Below are positions 10,533 to 20,496 of a DNA stretch of 64,000 nt, in pieces. Source of the DNA: Candidatus Omnitrophota bacterium (GTDB lineage Bacteria > Omnitrophota > Gorgyraeia > 2-02-FULL-51-18); contig CAMDWQ010000008.1 in NCBI GenBank assembly GCA_945877765.1, positions 13,774 through 77,773 on the forward strand, in the 5' to 3' direction. Made by a program: the position numbers and the translations under genes. The stretch's first letter is position 1, and each line of letters starts with the position of its first letter. Under the pieces are notes generated by a model. That model did not search any database. It was not told where the DNA came from and saw nothing but the letters and a program-made list of their open reading frames with translations.

Positions 10533-11945
10533 CTGCCGCCATTTTTTATACCCCTATTTTCATTTGGGCTATGGCTGTGTCTAGTTTTTTTTCTTTTTAA
10601 TATTCTTCGGCTTGACTTAAGTGTCGCCGAACAGTTGATCTCGCCGCAATTTTTTATTTCTTACCTGATTCTTATTTTCGCCTGGGCATTCTCCGGACCT
10701 ATTGTCGCCGCAGTGCTTAGTTTTTTAGCGGTGGCGGTCGTGTTTTATTTTTGCCTAGCCATGAAAGAGCCTTCTTATTTCCTTCAGATCTTTTTTTACG
10801 GGCTACTTTTTCTTTTTATTGTTTCATTTCTTTATGAAGTTCAAAAAAAACTGAACAACCGACGTCTTGTGTACGAAAAAATGCTCGAAGATACTCTATT
10901 GGCTCGGGAGGAATCTTCAAAAAAAGTGGATTTAAAAAAAGCGCTGGAGGACAAGATCGAGCGCTTCATCGATCTGCACCGCTTCTCTGATGTTTTGAAA
11001 GATAAGGCCGATGTCAACGATGTGGCGGATCGCATGGTAGCGGATGTGTTGGCTTCATTTTCCAATGCGCAAGAGTGCACGCTTTACTTGGTCGATGAGA
11101 CGCGAGAGCAGCTATGGCTTGCCGCCGCTCGACGCAAGGACAATGCGGTGGTCCGTGAAAAGCGTGGAAGTGTTTTTGATCAGTGGGTGTTGCGCCGTTC
11201 ACGTGCGGTTGTTGTCGAGGACTCTAGAGCCGACTTTCGTTTTGGTCTCGAAAGAAATGCCCAAGACATCGACTTGCGTTCGGTGGCGGCAAGTCCCTTG
11301 ATGTCGGAAAACAAAGTGCTTGGTGTATTACGTATTAGCTCACCCGAAGCGGCGCAGTTTAGTCCGGATGACTTGCGCTATCTGGACATCATTTCAGATC
11401 TTGGGGCGGGAATTTTACGAAACCGTCTTTTGTATAAAAAGATGGAAGAATTGGCTGTCCATGACAGTCTCACCGGATTGTATCTGAACCGTTTCTTCCA
11501 AAGCCGCCTTGACGAAGAAATTCTGCGCACCCAGGTTAACCGCAAATCATTTTCAGTTATTTTGCTCGATATTGATTTTTTTAAACGCTACAACGACGAA
11601 TACGGTCACTCCGCGGGGGATCTGGTAATTAAAAGCATTGCGGGTGTTCTGCAAAACTGTGTCAGTCCGGTGGATACGGTAGCGCGCTACGGCGGGGAAG
11701 AGTTTGTTGTTCTTCTGCCGAATAAAAATAAAGCAGAAGCAATGGTTATCGCCGAAAGGATTCGTTTAGCTATCGAAGGCAACCATTTTTACCTGCGCCG
11801 CATTGAGAGTCATGTGACGGCCTCTTTGGGTGTCGTGAGTTTTCCGGAGGCCGGATTTACCAGAGAAGAAATAATCCGTCTAGCGGATGAAAATCTTTAT
11901 CAAGCCAAAAGATTGGGAAAGAATCGCGTATGTGGAAATATTTAA
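10533..11945 (+). CDS. Membrane GAF-GGDEF diguanylate cyclase (start probably CTG 10533; track start TTG 10635)
   Basis: N-terminal TM helices, GAF-like region, DSLTGLY, DIDFFK, RYGGEEF. Confidence 0.9.
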   Translation: MPPFFIPLFSFGLWLCLVFFLFNILRLDLSVAEQLISPQFFISYLILIFAWAFSGPIVAAVLSFLAVAVVFYFCLAMKEPSYFLQIFFYGLLFLFIVSFLYEVQKKLNNRRLVYEKMLEDTLLAREESSKKVDLKKALEDKIERFIDLHRFSDVLKDKADVNDVADRMVADVLASFSNAQECTLYLVDETREQLWLAAARRKDNAVVREKRGSVFDQWVLRRSRAVVVEDSRADFRFGLERNAQDIDLRSVAASPLMSENKVLGVLRISSPEAAQFSPDDLRYLDIISDLGAGILRNRLLYKKMEELAVHDSLTGLYLNRFFQSRLDEEILRTQVNRKSFSVILLDIDFFKRYNDEYGHSAGDLVIKSIAGVLQNCVSPVDTVARYGGEEFVVLLPNKNKAEAMVIAERIRLAIEGNHFYLRRIESHVTASLGVVSFPEAGFTREEIIRLADENLYQAKRLGKNRVCGNI

Positions 11946-13297
11946 TTCTCAACGCGCTTTGGTTTTCTATTTTATTTTTGGTGCACTTTGTCGGCTCCAC
12001 CAAAGACCGTCGGATTGTATTTATCTCTATTTTTGCTCTAGCGGCTTACTTGGCAGCGAGGACGCCGATCGACCCTTTTGCATGGATGTACTACGTTTTG
12101 TTCTCTTTTCTTGTGTTTTATGGTGCTGGCCAGTTTAGGGAATGGGCTTTCGCAGGCGCCACTATTCTTGAAGACGAAATTGATATGGCCTCGCGCGAAT
12201 ATGGCCATGCCCGTCATTTGCTTTCGGAGAAATCCCTAGAAGCCGAAATTCTTGAAAAGCGGGCCGCGGAGATTTCTGGGCTTTATGACAAGGTCAAAGA
12301 GATGTCCCGCAGTCTGGATGCCATCGAGGTGTTTCTCATTTTTGGTGAAGCGCTGGCGGAGTATTTTGAATTTCAGACGATGAAGCTGGTTTCTTTTGAC
12401 GAAGAAAGTCTGGGGATGATTCCTACGGACGAAGTGTATGAGCTTAGTTCGAAGGATTTTTTGGGGCTGTTTGACCGCAAGTATCTTTTAAAAAACAGAG
12501 AAAAGGCGCGTGGAACTCTTTTTCCTGGGGATACTAAAATTTTTAACCATATTTTTAAAACGCAGCGGCCGGTAGAAACAGAAGATTTGCATGATATTTT
12601 CCAGGCGCAGTTGATGCAGAATCAGAATTTGGTGGCGTATCCGATGTCAGTGCACAAAAAAATCTTCGGGATTGTTATGCTGGCCGGCTTGCGCTCTGAA
12701 AACAAGAGGCTCTTGCGTATCTTGATTGAGCGCTTTGTATCCGAGATGGAGCGGGTGCGTCTGTATGAACGTGTGGAAACGCTGGCTATCACCGACGGAC
12801 TTACCGGCGTCTATGTGCGCCGCCATCTTTTGGACCGCTTGACGGGAGAGTTGGACCGCTCGAGGCGCTTTGGTTTTAAGCTGTCATTTTTGATGATCGA
12901 TATCGATTTTTTTAAGCGCTTCAATGACAGCTATGGCCATCTGGTGGGGGATGCGGTGCTTAAGCAAGTTGCTGAAGCCATTAAAAGCAGTGTGCGTGAA
13001 GTAGATTTGGTGGGCCGCTATGGCGGGGAAGAATTTGGAGTGCTTTTGATCGAGACAGATGAAAATCTTGCTTTCCTGGTGGCTGAACGTATCCGGCGAA
13101 CCATCGAGGAAAAAGCTTTTAAAGCTTACGATGAAAAATTGAAAGTCACGGTGAGTATCGGCTGCTCAACCTATTCTTACTATGAAGTTTTGGATGCGAC
13201 GATGATTGTTGAGACCGCGGATTCAGCCCTTTACCAGGCCAAGCGACAGGGGCGCAATCGAGTGTGTCTTTACAACCTGCCCAAAGCGCCCCCATGA
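11930..13297 (+). CDS. Membrane GAF-like/GGDEF diguanylate cyclase
   Basis: TM N-terminus, TDGLTG, REVD I-site, RYGGEEF. Confidence 0.92.
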   Translation: MWKYLILNALWFSILFLVHFVGSTKDRRIVFISIFALAAYLAARTPIDPFAWMYYVLFSFLVFYGAGQFREWAFAGATILEDEIDMASREYGHARHLLSEKSLEAEILEKRAAEISGLYDKVKEMSRSLDAIEVFLIFGEALAEYFEFQTMKLVSFDEESLGMIPTDEVYELSSKDFLGLFDRKYLLKNREKARGTLFPGDTKIFNHIFKTQRPVETEDLHDIFQAQLMQNQNLVAYPMSVHKKIFGIVMLAGLRSENKRLLRILIERFVSEMERVRLYERVETLAITDGLTGVYVRRHLLDRLTGELDRSRRFGFKLSFLMIDIDFFKRFNDSYGHLVGDAVLKQVAEAIKSSVREVDLVGRYGGEEFGVLLIETDENLAFLVAERIRRTIEEKAFKAYDEKLKVTVSIGCSTYSYYEVLDATMIVETADSALYQAKRQGRNRVCLYNLPKAPP

Positions 13298-13316
13298 GTG
13301 TGATATAATTCTACCA

Positions 13317-14270
13317 ATGAAAAAAGTGGCGATTGGAGTAGATATCGGTGGCACCAGTGTCAGATTAGGTGTCGTAGACGAACGCGGAAAGATTGTCCTG
13401 CGCGAGAACTTTTCTACTAAAGATTATCCGGGGAGACCCGCCCTTTTAAACCGGCTTTCATCCGGCATTTTATGTTTAGCGTTGGAGGCTCGTAAGCGCC
13501 AATTTCAAATCACCGGTGTTGGGATCGGGGCGCCCGGCCCGATTGATGTCGAAAGAGGTTTTGTTTATTTTTTCCCCAATATTCCTGGTTGGAAAAATAC
13601 CCCGCTTAAAAAAATTCTCGAGAGAAAATTTAAAATGAAAGTATTTGTGGATAATGACGCGAATGCGATGGCGCTGGGGGAGTACCGATTTGGCGCCGGC
13701 CGTGGTTCCAAAAATATGATCGCACTGACGCTGGGCACAGGTATCGGCGGGGGTATTGTTTTGGGCGGAAAACTATTTCACGGCACGCGTTTTTCCGCGG
13801 CAGAAATTGGGCATCTAAAAATTAATGAAGACGGGCCGCTTTGCGCCTGCGGCAACCATGGTTGTATTGAAGCCTATATTGGCAATGGTTATTTTGTGCG
13901 CGAGGTCCAAAAACGTTTAAAAGCTAAGGCTAAAAGCATTCTCCATGAGTGGCTTCGAGAGGGGAAGGAATTGACCCCCAAATTAGTTCAGGACGCGGCT
14001 CGGACCGGCGATCTGTTTTCCAAAAAAATGTGGGAAGAAGCCGGATCTCACCTAGGGACAGCGCTGGCAGGTTTGGTGGATATTTTGAATCCCGACCGCA
14101 TTGTCATCGGCGGAGGGATCGCGCTGGGCGGTGAGATGATTTTTGGTCCCATCCGTCGGACAATCGCTAAAAAAGCTTTCCCCATCGCGGCCCGTTCTGC
14201 TAAAGTAATGCCGGCAAAGTTGGGCGCCGACGCAGGGCTTGTCGGCGCTGCGGCTCTCGCCTTAACCTAA
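13317..14270 (+). CDS. ROK family sugar kinase (glucokinase-like)
   Basis: GVDIGGT, DNDANA, LGTGIGGG, EIGH, CxCGxxGCxE motifs; ATG at 13317. Confidence 0.93.
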   Translation: MKKVAIGVDIGGTSVRLGVVDERGKIVLRENFSTKDYPGRPALLNRLSSGILCLALEARKRQFQITGVGIGAPGPIDVERGFVYFFPNIPGWKNTPLKKILERKFKMKVFVDNDANAMALGEYRFGAGRGSKNMIALTLGTGIGGGIVLGGKLFHGTRFSAAEIGHLKINEDGPLCACGNHGCIEAYIGNGYFVREVQKRLKAKAKSILHEWLREGKELTPKLVQDAARTGDLFSKKMWEEAGSHLGTALAGLVDILNPDRIVIGGGIALGGEMIFGPIRRTIAKKAFPIAARSAKVMPAKLGADAGLVGAAALALT

Positions 14271-14284
14271 AATCAGACTTACTT

Positions 14285-16486
14285 TTGGAGACTGTTAGAC
14301 GGATGAGACCATCGCTTAAAAAATCGATCCGTCGGTTGGCATTTCTTAGCTTCTTGACCCTTTTTATTCCGGCAATTCTCGCCCATGCCAAAGACCAGGA
14401 AAAAGCAATCGCGGACACGACCACCCCTATTCAGATTCATGGGGATGTTGTCGAATACTTTCAGGAAGAGAACAAAACGATAGGCACGGGGCACGTGGTC
14501 ATTGATTACGACGGTGCTAAGCTAGAGGCCGATAAGATCACGGTTTATATGGGAATGAAAAAAGCCGTTGCTGAGGGCAACGTCACCCTAACTCAAGGGG
14601 GCAGCGTGTTTAAAGGGCCGCACGCGGAGTACGATTACGAGAAAAAAATTGGTTACGTAGATAAGATGAGCGCGACGGTTCCTCTGACGCCGCCCGATCT
14701 ATCCAAGCAGTCCACTCAGCCGGCATTGCCTGTCAATGAGATTACCAATCAAGAGTATTTTATCAAGGCACGGCGCATTGAAAAAGTTTCTGATACGCAA
14801 TTTCGTGCCGTGGACAGCTATGTGACCACCTGCTGCGGTGACAGCCCCTTTTATAAAATCCAAGCCAGACAAATCGATATTTTCCCCAAGGACAAGATTG
14901 TGATTCGCAACGCACTCATGTATATCAAGGGAGTGCCAGTGCTTTTTATTCCTTATTTCGTTCAGCCGATGGTTGATTTTAACCGCTTGCCGGTAGAATT
15001 AGTCCCCGGAAAGAGTCGCGAATGGGGCGCCTTCCTTTTGTCAAAATGGCGCTACAATTTGGTGAATCGTGAAGATTTTTCCGTGAAGGGGGCGGCGCTT
15101 CTGGATTATCGTGAAAAGAGAGGCTTTGGCGAAGGACTCGATACCTATTACCACGGCGACAAAGTAGGCCACGGAGTTATTCGCGGCTATTATGCCAATG
15201 ACAACGAATCACCTATCAATGCGACGCCAGACCGCTATCGAGCCCAGTGGCGGCATCAGTCCAAAATTACCAAGGACACAACGATGACCGTGGAAATCAA
15301 TAAATTAAGCGATGACCAGATTGTGAAAGATTTCTTTTACCGCGAGGAATATGAGCGCAGCGTTGTCCCGGATAATTATATTTCAATTATCACAACCAAG
15401 CCGGAATATACCTTCAGCATTTTGGAGCGGCACCGTATCGATGAGTTTTATTCTTCGGTTAATCGGGATCCCGAATTAAGGTTTGACACGCATAACCGTC
15501 CGATCGGAAACACGCCGTTTTACCTCAGGCACGAAGCGCAGTTCACCAATTTGCAGAAGGAATTTTCCCGTCAGAGCGATGAACTGCACGTGACACGATT
15601 TGATTTAAATCACACACTTTCCTACGCCGGGCATGTCGGTGGTTTTGCCGTAACGCCTCGCATTGGGGCGCGGGAGACGTTTTATTCGCGTGATTTGGCA
15701 GGGGACACCTCCCATGTGCGCAGCATCGTGGATCCGGGGCTTGATATCAGCACGAAGTATTATAAAATATACGATGTTTTCATTAACCGCTGGGGGTTGG
15801 ATTACAATCAAATTCGGCATACTTTCGAGCCGTCGCTGAGCTACAATTACCGGCCGACGCCAACGGTTTTTTATACGACGCTCCAGCCATTTGATGATAT
15901 TGACGCACTCGACAAACAACATTTTGCGCGCTTTTATTTTCAAAATAATTTTCAAACCAAAGAGCACGGTTCAGACGGCACGTTGTCTTCCCGTGAGATT
16001 GCGCGAATTGGACCTTATGTCGATTTTAACGCGCTCAATAGCCGCTTGGAAAACCTGGGAGTGGAAGCCGAGCTTCGGCCTTATTCATGGCTGGGGATGA
16101 ATAGCCAGGTGCAAATGGATACCCATTTAGGAAAAGTAAATACCGCTAATTTCGATATCTATTATGACCGGAACCCATGGGTGGTAGGTATCGGCCAGCG
16201 ATATCTCTTGGATGAGAGCAGCCAGACGACCGCATACGCCGAGCTAAAGATAAAAGACTGGGAGTTTAAAGTCTACGAGCGGTTTGAATTTCAGGAAAAT
16301 AAGTCGAAGGAATTTGAGGCAACGGTTTCCAAATACTGGAATTGCATCATCACTGACTTTACGTACAACCATGCTGAAGGCGATACTTTTTATTTCGCCA
16401 TACGCCTCAAAGCATTTCCTGCGCTGCCTTTTAGTTTGCGGCAGACGTACAACCAGCCCAGAGCTAATGCTATTCGCGAGTTTTAA
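14285..16486 (+). CDS. lptD: LptD/OstA-like LPS assembly outer-membrane protein (start may be ATG 14303)
   Basis: Signal peptide, OstA-like N-terminal jellyroll (ADKI..AEGNV), VTTC...YKIQA...GVPVLFIPY, long beta-strand C-terminus. Confidence 0.75.
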   Translation: METVRRMRPSLKKSIRRLAFLSFLTLFIPAILAHAKDQEKAIADTTTPIQIHGDVVEYFQEENKTIGTGHVVIDYDGAKLEADKITVYMGMKKAVAEGNVTLTQGGSVFKGPHAEYDYEKKIGYVDKMSATVPLTPPDLSKQSTQPALPVNEITNQEYFIKARRIEKVSDTQFRAVDSYVTTCCGDSPFYKIQARQIDIFPKDKIVIRNALMYIKGVPVLFIPYFVQPMVDFNRLPVELVPGKSREWGAFLLSKWRYNLVNREDFSVKGAALLDYREKRGFGEGLDTYYHGDKVGHGVIRGYYANDNESPINATPDRYRAQWRHQSKITKDTTMTVEINKLSDDQIVKDFFYREEYERSVVPDNYISIITTKPEYTFSILERHRIDEFYSSVNRDPELRFDTHNRPIGNTPFYLRHEAQFTNLQKEFSRQSDELHVTRFDLNHTLSYAGHVGGFAVTPRIGARETFYSRDLAGDTSHVRSIVDPGLDISTKYYKIYDVFINRWGLDYNQIRHTFEPSLSYNYRPTPTVFYTTLQPFDDIDALDKQHFARFYFQNNFQTKEHGSDGTLSSREIARIGPYVDFNALNSRLENLGVEAELRPYSWLGMNSQVQMDTHLGKVNTANFDIYYDRNPWVVGIGQRYLLDESSQTTAYAELKIKDWEFKVYERFEFQENKSKEFEATVSKYWNCIITDFTYNHAEGDTFYFAIRLKAFPALPFSLRQTYNQPRANAIREF

Positions 16487-16489
16487 GCC

Positions 16490-17797
16490 ATGAAGATTGC
16501 GGTTGTAGGCGCGGGGTACGTTGGGCTTGTGACCAGCACGTGTTTTGCCAGCCTTGGCAACAGCGTGACCTGTGTCGACATCGATGAAAAAAAAATAGCC
16601 GCACTCAAAAAAGGCAAGATGCCTATTTATGAGCCGGGCCTCGAAGAGCTTGTCCGCCAAAATCTTAAGAAGAAAAATCTTTCGTTTACAACTAATTTAA
16701 AGACAGCGGTCCATCAATCCGATGTTATTTTTATCGCGGTGGGAACACCCCCCAAACCCAATGGGGAGGCGGATCTCTCTTTTGTGGAAAACGTCGCCCG
16801 TACGATTGCCAGGGAGATGACGTCCTACAAACTCATCGTTGAAAAAAGTACAGTTCCAGTTCAAACAGGCAGCTGGATACGAGATACGGTGATGCGCTAT
16901 TGCAAAAAAAACGTCGCCTTTGATGTCGCGTCCAATCCTGAATTTTTACGGGAAGGGACCGCGGTCAAAGATTTTATGAATCCCGATCGCGTGGTCTTGG
17001 GTGTTGATTCAAAGCGAGCGGAAAAACTTCTCACCGAGCTTTATAAGCCTCTTAAAGCGACGCTTGTATTCACCGATATCAAGAGCGCTGAAATTATTAA
17101 GCATGCTTCCAATTCATTTTTGGCAATGAAGATATCTTTTATCAACGCGATCAGCCGAATCTGTGAATTAGCAAAGGCGGACGTGGAACAAGTGGCTACA
17201 GGCATGGGATTGGACCGGAGAATCGGAAGAAATTTTCTCGATGCGGGATTGGGTTTTGGCGGTTTTTGTTTCCCCAAGGATCTAGCGGCGTTTATCCGTA
17301 TATCAGAAAAGCTGGGCTACGATTTTGAATTGCTTAAAGCGGTAGAAAAAATCAACGAGGACCAAAAAAAATATTTTGTCAAAAAAATTGAGCATGCCCT
17401 TTGGAATGTGAATTCTAAGACCATTGCGATTCTGGGACTTGCGTTTAAACCCAATACCGACGACATGCGTTTTGCGCCGAGCCTAGATATTATCGCGGAT
17501 CTCCAAGCGATGGGAGCCAAGATCAGGGCTTATGACCCGCACGCGTCCGCCAATGCCAAAAAGACATTAACAAAAGTCACTTTCTGCAAAGATGCTTACG
17601 AAGCCTGCAAAGGAAGTGATTGTGTGGTGATTCTCACGGAGTGGGATGAGTTTAAGGAAATCAATCTTGTAAAAGTTAAAAAACTTCTTGCGCAGCCGGT
17701 GGTGATTGACGGCCGCAATATCTATGATCCTGAGGAAATGCAAAAGCTTGGTTTCCGGTATTTTTCGATTGGCCGGCCCACAAAGGAGAAGCGATGA
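16490..17797 (+). CDS. ugd: UDP-glucose 6-dehydrogenase
   Basis: GAGYVG, SNPEFLREG, GFGGFCFPKD, DGRN motifs. Confidence 0.95.
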   Translation: MKIAVVGAGYVGLVTSTCFASLGNSVTCVDIDEKKIAALKKGKMPIYEPGLEELVRQNLKKKNLSFTTNLKTAVHQSDVIFIAVGTPPKPNGEADLSFVENVARTIAREMTSYKLIVEKSTVPVQTGSWIRDTVMRYCKKNVAFDVASNPEFLREGTAVKDFMNPDRVVLGVDSKRAEKLLTELYKPLKATLVFTDIKSAEIIKHASNSFLAMKISFINAISRICELAKADVEQVATGMGLDRRIGRNFLDAGLGFGGFCFPKDLAAFIRISEKLGYDFELLKAVEKINEDQKKYFVKKIEHALWNVNSKTIAILGLAFKPNTDDMRFAPSLDIIADLQAMGAKIRAYDPHASANAKKTLTKVTFCKDAYEACKGSDCVVILTEWDEFKEINLVKVKKLLAQPVVIDGRNIYDPEEMQKLGFRYFSIGRPTKEKR

Positions 17798-18561
17798 AGG
17801 ATTTAAAAGGGATTATTCTTGCGGGCGGCCTGGGAACAAGGCTTGCCCCGCTGACCAAAATCACCAACAAGCACTTGTTGCCCATTTATGACAAGCCGAT
17901 GATTTATTATCCGATTTCCTATTTGGTCGATGCCGGCATTCACGACATTTCTATTGTGACCGGCGGAAATCATGCGGGAGATTTTTTACGCCTTCTGGGA
18001 AACGGGCAGGCGTTTGGGCTATCTCACATCAATTATACGTATCAAGAGGGCGAGGGCGGAATTGCCCAGGCGCTTTCTCTGACGCAGTATTTTTCTCAAG
18101 GGTCGCGGATGATCGTAATCCTCGGGGACAACATCCTGGAGAAGGGGATTGCACCCTACGTTGCCAATTTTCACCGGCAGGAAAAAGGGGCGCGTGTTTT
18201 GCTTAAAGAGGTCAGTGACCCAGGCCGTTTTGGCGTCGCGACGCTTGAAGGGAATAAAATTACCGAAATTGAAGAGAAGCCTAAAAATCCAAAATCAAAT
18301 CTGGCGGTGACCGGAATCTATATGTACGACGAGAGCGTTTTTGAGATTATCAAAACGCTGAAGCCTTCCGGGCGGGGGGAGCTTGAGATCACGGATGTCA
18401 ACAACGCCTATATCCGGCGCGGCGAGCTCGAGTACGACGTTCTTGATGGTTGGTGGACGGATAGCGGTACTTTTGATTCTTTGCTGCAGGCCAATCATTT
18501 GGTTGCCAAGAAAGCTTTATTGGAAAAGAAAAAGGAAAGAAAAAATGGCGTCCTTGGCTAA
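17794..18561 (+). CDS. rfbA: Glucose-1-phosphate thymidylyltransferase (RfbA/SpsI type)
   Basis: LAGGLGTRL, NKHLLPIYDKPMIYYP, EEKP, RGELEITD motifs. Confidence 0.9.
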   Translation: MKDLKGIILAGGLGTRLAPLTKITNKHLLPIYDKPMIYYPISYLVDAGIHDISIVTGGNHAGDFLRLLGNGQAFGLSHINYTYQEGEGGIAQALSLTQYFSQGSRMIVILGDNILEKGIAPYVANFHRQEKGARVLLKEVSDPGRFGVATLEGNKITEIEEKPKNPKSNLAVTGIYMYDESVFEIIKTLKPSGRGELEITDVNNAYIRRGELEYDVLDGWWTDSGTFDSLLQANHLVAKKALLEKKKERKNGVLG

Positions 18562-19576
18562 AAAAAAGTATTTGGTAACCGGCGGCGCCGGATTTATTGG
18601 CTCGTATCTCGTGAAAGATTGGCTTGCCCTGGACCCGCAGGTACAGATTGTCAATCTGGACAAACTCACGTACAGCGGCGACATTTCACGTCTTGACGAT
18701 GTCCATAAGAATCCCCGTCACGCGTTTATCAAAGGCGATGTCTGTGATTCCAAGACGGTAGAGCGCGCCATGGAGGGTTGCTCGGGCGTCATTCATTTGG
18801 CGGCAGAGACTCATGTAGACCGCTCTCTTTTGGATGGCAAAGTTTTTTTTGATACCAATCTTTACGGCACGTATGTGCTTCTGGAGGCGGCTCGCAAAAA
18901 AGGCATCGAACGATTTTTGTACGTGAGCACCGATGAGGTATACGGCAGCTGTGACAAAGGATTTTTCAAAGAGGATGCTCCCGCCAATCCCTCAAGCCCC
19001 TATTCCGTGTCCAAAACAGCCGGCGATCTCTTGGCGCTTTCTTATGGCGGTACTCACGGCATGGATATCGTGGTCACTCGCGGAGCCAATACCTATGGGC
19101 CGTACCAGTATCCTGAGAAGGTAATCCCGCTTTTTATCGCGAACGCACTTTCGGGTGAAAAACTACCTCTTTACGGCGATGGCCTTCAAATTCGTAACTG
19201 GATTTATGTCGCCGACCACTGCCGGGGAATTTTGACCGCTTTCAAAAAAGGAAAAAAAGGTGAGGCCTACAACATTTCTTCCAAAAACTATCTGACCAAC
19301 ATTGATTTGACCCGCCGGCTTTTGAAGGCGCTTGGAAAATCAGAGTCGATGATCGAGCGCGTGAAGGACCGCCTAGGGCATGACCGGCGCTATGCGATTG
19401 ACCCTTCGAAGCTTAAGAAGCTCGGATGGAAGGAAGCGTTTGAATTTGATGAGGCTTTTGCTTCGACGATTGCCTGGTACCGAAAGCACGAGGCTTGGTG
19501 GCGAGCGATCAAGGAAAAAAATTTAGAATTTAAAAAATATTACCAAAAAGCGTACGCTGCGCGCAAAAAATCTTAA
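18545..19576 (+). CDS. rfbB: dTDP-glucose 4,6-dehydratase
   Basis: GGAGFIG, AAETHVDRS, STDEVYG, YSVSK, GHDRRY; ATG at 18545. Confidence 0.95.
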   Translation: MASLAKKKYLVTGGAGFIGSYLVKDWLALDPQVQIVNLDKLTYSGDISRLDDVHKNPRHAFIKGDVCDSKTVERAMEGCSGVIHLAAETHVDRSLLDGKVFFDTNLYGTYVLLEAARKKGIERFLYVSTDEVYGSCDKGFFKEDAPANPSSPYSVSKTAGDLLALSYGGTHGMDIVVTRGANTYGPYQYPEKVIPLFIANALSGEKLPLYGDGLQIRNWIYVADHCRGILTAFKKGKKGEAYNISSKNYLTNIDLTRRLLKALGKSESMIERVKDRLGHDRRYAIDPSKLKKLGWKEAFEFDEAFASTIAWYRKHEAWWRAIKEKNLEFKKYYQKAYAARKKS

Positions 19577-19577
19577 G

Positions 19578-20492
19578 ATGGGTCTTGATAACGTCATGTC
19601 ACCCCGCCGAAAAATTCTTATCACCGGAGCCTCAGGAATGCTGGGGAGTGTTCTGACAAAGCGTCTTTCCTTGGAGGATGAAATTATCGGCCTTTCAAAG
19701 TCTGGCCGAAAAGGGTTTGCCGCTTGTGATTTGTCCGATGAGGCGGCGATTGCCTCCATTTTTGAAAGTAAGAAGCCAGATCTTGTGATTAATACGGCGG
19801 CCTATTCGGATGTGGACGGCTGCGAGCGCGACCCTAAGCTTGCGCATGAAGCCAACGCCTTGGCGGTACGGCACTTGTCGAAGCTTTGCGGCCGCTTTGG
19901 TGCGCCGTTGATTCATGTCAGTACCGATTACGTATTTGACGGCCGCAAGAAAAAGCCTTATGTTGAGACGGATCCGACGAGCCCGGTGAATATTTACGGC
20001 CTGACGAAACTCGAGGGTGAATATTATGCGGCGCATTGCCAAAGCCCTTGGGCAATTGTCCGCACCAGCTGGCTTTTTGGGCCGGATAACCCAGCCAATT
20101 TTGTCAATGCGATCCTAGCGCGCATGAAAACCCAGGGGGAAGTTTCCGTGCTTGGCGATCAGGTGGATGCCCCGACTTCTGTAGAAGATTTGACGCTAGC
20201 GATAAAAAAAATAGCCAGCAGTCTTCTAGCGGCAAAAAAATCAAAAATAAAGTGTGAAACCTATCATGTTTGCAACGGCGGCAGCACGACGCGGTATGAG
20301 ATGACATTAAAAATAAAAGAAATTTTAAAAATGAGTCAGGTGAGAGTATCTAAAACGGACCCGGGAAGCATTCAAGGGCGTCTGGCGATACGCCCGCCTT
20401 ATGCGGTGATGTCTAATCGTCATTTTGAGAAGACGTTTCGCGTCCGGTTAAGGCCCTGGCAAGAGAGTTTAAAGGATTATCTGCTAAACTAA
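19578..20492 (+). CDS. rfbD: dTDP-4-dehydrorhamnose reductase
   Basis: GASGMLG, STDYVFDG, YGLTKL motifs. Confidence 0.95.
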   Translation: MGLDNVMSPRRKILITGASGMLGSVLTKRLSLEDEIIGLSKSGRKGFAACDLSDEAAIASIFESKKPDLVINTAAYSDVDGCERDPKLAHEANALAVRHLSKLCGRFGAPLIHVSTDYVFDGRKKKPYVETDPTSPVNIYGLTKLEGEYYAAHCQSPWAIVRTSWLFGPDNPANFVNAILARMKTQGEVSVLGDQVDAPTSVEDLTLAIKKIASSLLAAKKSKIKCETYHVCNGGSTTRYEMTLKIKEILKMSQVRVSKTDPGSIQGRLAIRPPYAVMSNRHFEKTFRVRLRPWQESLKDYLLN

Positions 20493-20496
20493 TACG

